From contig CAWJJC010000027.1 of the NCBI GenBank assembly GCA_963843145.1, positions 224,001 to 288,000 on the forward strand: a DNA stretch of 64,000 nucleotides, written 5' to 3'. This DNA comes from an uncultured delta proteobacterium (lineage in GTDB: Bacteria; Desulfobacterota; RBG-13-43-22). Positions 62,847 to 64,000 of the stretch are shown in pieces. Positions within the stretch are counted from its first letter, which is position 1. Each line of letters opens with the position of its first letter. The notes under the pieces are model-generated. The model was not told the DNA's origin. It worked only from the letters and a program-made list of their open reading frames with translations, and did no database searches. Both the position numbers and the translations under genes were made by a program.

Positions 62847-63689
62847 TTACTGATGATTAGAACCGGACTCTCGAATAAATCGTTGGACGTCGGCATTGTA
62901 GGTGTCCGGATCTTCCATCAGGAATAAATGCCCCAGGCCTTCATAAAGGATCAGCCGGGCGTGGGGGATCCCTTTCCCCAGGGTTAAGGCATTTTCAACG
63001 GGCAGCAACCGGTCGGCCCCGCCGTGCTGGATCAGGGTAGGCCGGGTCCATTCCTGAATTCGCCGGCTACAGTCAAACCCCCGCATGGCCTGACTGTGTC
63101 GCTGGAAGGTCGTCAGTGGAGGGCGCTGGGCCAGGCTCCGAAATAGGTACTCGTCAATGAATTGCTTATTTGCCAGGGTCCGGGCGCTGAAAAAAGCCGG
63201 CAGGGAGCGACGCACGTTCTCCTCATCCGAAAGTTCCGGCAGGGTGGCAAAAAGGGCCAGTACTTCCGGGTCGGCCGTCAGTCCCTGGTCGGCATTACAG
63301 GCGGTCCCGGCCAAGATCAGGGTCTTTACCAGGGCGGGCCTGGTCAGAGCCGCCTCCATAGCCACCATGCCCCCCATGGACAGCCCCAGCAGGTGAACCG
63401 GGCCGAGAGCTAACGATTCTATCAGGCTGATAGTATCCCCGGCCAGATCGGAAATGGTATAGGGCTCGGCCACTCGGTCGCTGTTCCCGGTATCCCGGTT
63501 GTCAAAGGTGATGACCTGAAAAGCCCGGCTCAGGGCCGGGACCTGGTGATACCACATGGAGGCGGCGTTGCCGTAGCCTCGAATCAGGACCAGCGGTTCA
63601 CCCGCGCCCTGCAAATAATAAGCGATCCGAATCCCTGGCCGGGTGACATGCAATCTCGGTTCGGGGTCGTGGGTCTTAAATGGCAGCAC
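62847..63689 (-). CDS. Alpha/beta-fold hydrolase
   Basis: 'FDNRDTG', nucleophile GLSMGG, 'DRLLP', 'GHLF'. Confidence 0.9.
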   Translation of the reverse strand: MLPFKTHDPEPRLHVTRPGIRIAYYLQGAGEPLVLIRGYGNAASMWYHQVPALSRAFQVITFDNRDTGNSDRVAEPYTISDLAGDTISLIESLALGPVHLLGLSMGGMVAMEAALTRPALVKTLILAGTACNADQGLTADPEVLALFATLPELSDEENVRRSLPAFFSARTLANKQFIDEYLFRSLAQRPPLTTFQRHSQAMRGFDCSRRIQEWTRPTLIQHGGADRLLPVENALTLGKGIPHARLILYEGLGHLFLMEDPDTYNADVQRFIRESGSNHQ

Positions 63690-63723
63690 CTGCCGCTCCC
63701 TTTCAAATCAGGACATTTGTCCG

Positions 63724-64000
63724 TTATTCAAACAATCCCCGCTCCATGGCTATGCGGGTGAAGGTTTCCACCACATTGGCGGGAGGCACATACTGGTCTT
63801 TCTCGTCCTTGGGAAGGAGGTCAATGGCCGCCCCGCTGCAGGTGGGCACGCAAAGGCCGCAGCCGATGCAGCGGTCTAAGTCGATCTCGGCCTTTCCGTC
63901 GACCATCTGGATAGCTGCCATCTGGCAGCGGTCCAGGCAGACCTCACAGCCGATACAGTCCTCCTCCCGGATCTGAGCGTAGAAATTGGAATGGACGACC
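63724..64000 (-). CDS. 4Fe-4S dicluster protein, C-terminal part (5' end outside window)
   Basis: 'CIGCEVCLDRCQM' and 'CIGCGLCVPTC'. Confidence 0.85.
   Translation of the reverse strand, partial: VVHSNFYAQIREEDCIGCEVCLDRCQMAAIQMVDGKAEIDLDRCIGCGLCVPTCSGAAIDLLPKDEKDQYVPPANVVETFTRIAMERGLFE

Noticed and set aside
1-64000. CRISPR array, tRNA or rRNA genes
   Set aside because: No regularly spaced identical repeats with unique spacers, no cas genes, and no cloverleaf or rRNA-like sequence recognised.

Overview
Bacterial chromosomal window. Gene content and intergenic repeats suggest a Deltaproteobacteria/Desulfobacterota-type anaerobe (inference). Many otherwise intact genes carry single-base indels, which points to long-read assembly errors. 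Layout: (i) 1-1.2 kb, VapBC-type toxin-antitoxin (TA) genes. (ii) 1.4-28.6 kb, a co-oriented surface/signalling island: MalT-like STAND-BTAD regulator, PilZ protein, a ~4,900-aa repetitive secreted protein, zincin, secreted protein, RAYT, Lnt, membrane adenylate cyclase, PlsC-like acyltransferase. (iii) 28.7-34.3 kb, a truncated IS256, an HD phosphohydrolase and many intact or broken TA genes bracketed by short direct repeats. (iv) 34.3-38.6 kb, three paralogous receiver domains, a histidine kinase and a PilZ-cNMP-Ser/Thr kinase. (v) bioBAFD under a BirA box plus a ThiS/MoaD-like gene. (vi) 44-50.9 kb, an accessory region with an integrase-less integron cassette array (cyclase-fold and TIR/NDT-like cassettes, IS91 remnant). 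(vii) phoH-7TM-HD-ybeY-pdxJ, cvpA-mazG, glycosyltransferases, a hydrolase and a ferredoxin. No rRNA, tRNA or CRISPR array was seen. The best candidates for new biology are a possible RAYT-linked capture system for TA cargo flanked by direct repeats, the cyclase and TIR-like cassettes with IS91-linked attC-like ends, and the cAMP/c-di-GMP/STAND-controlled giant surface protein locus.
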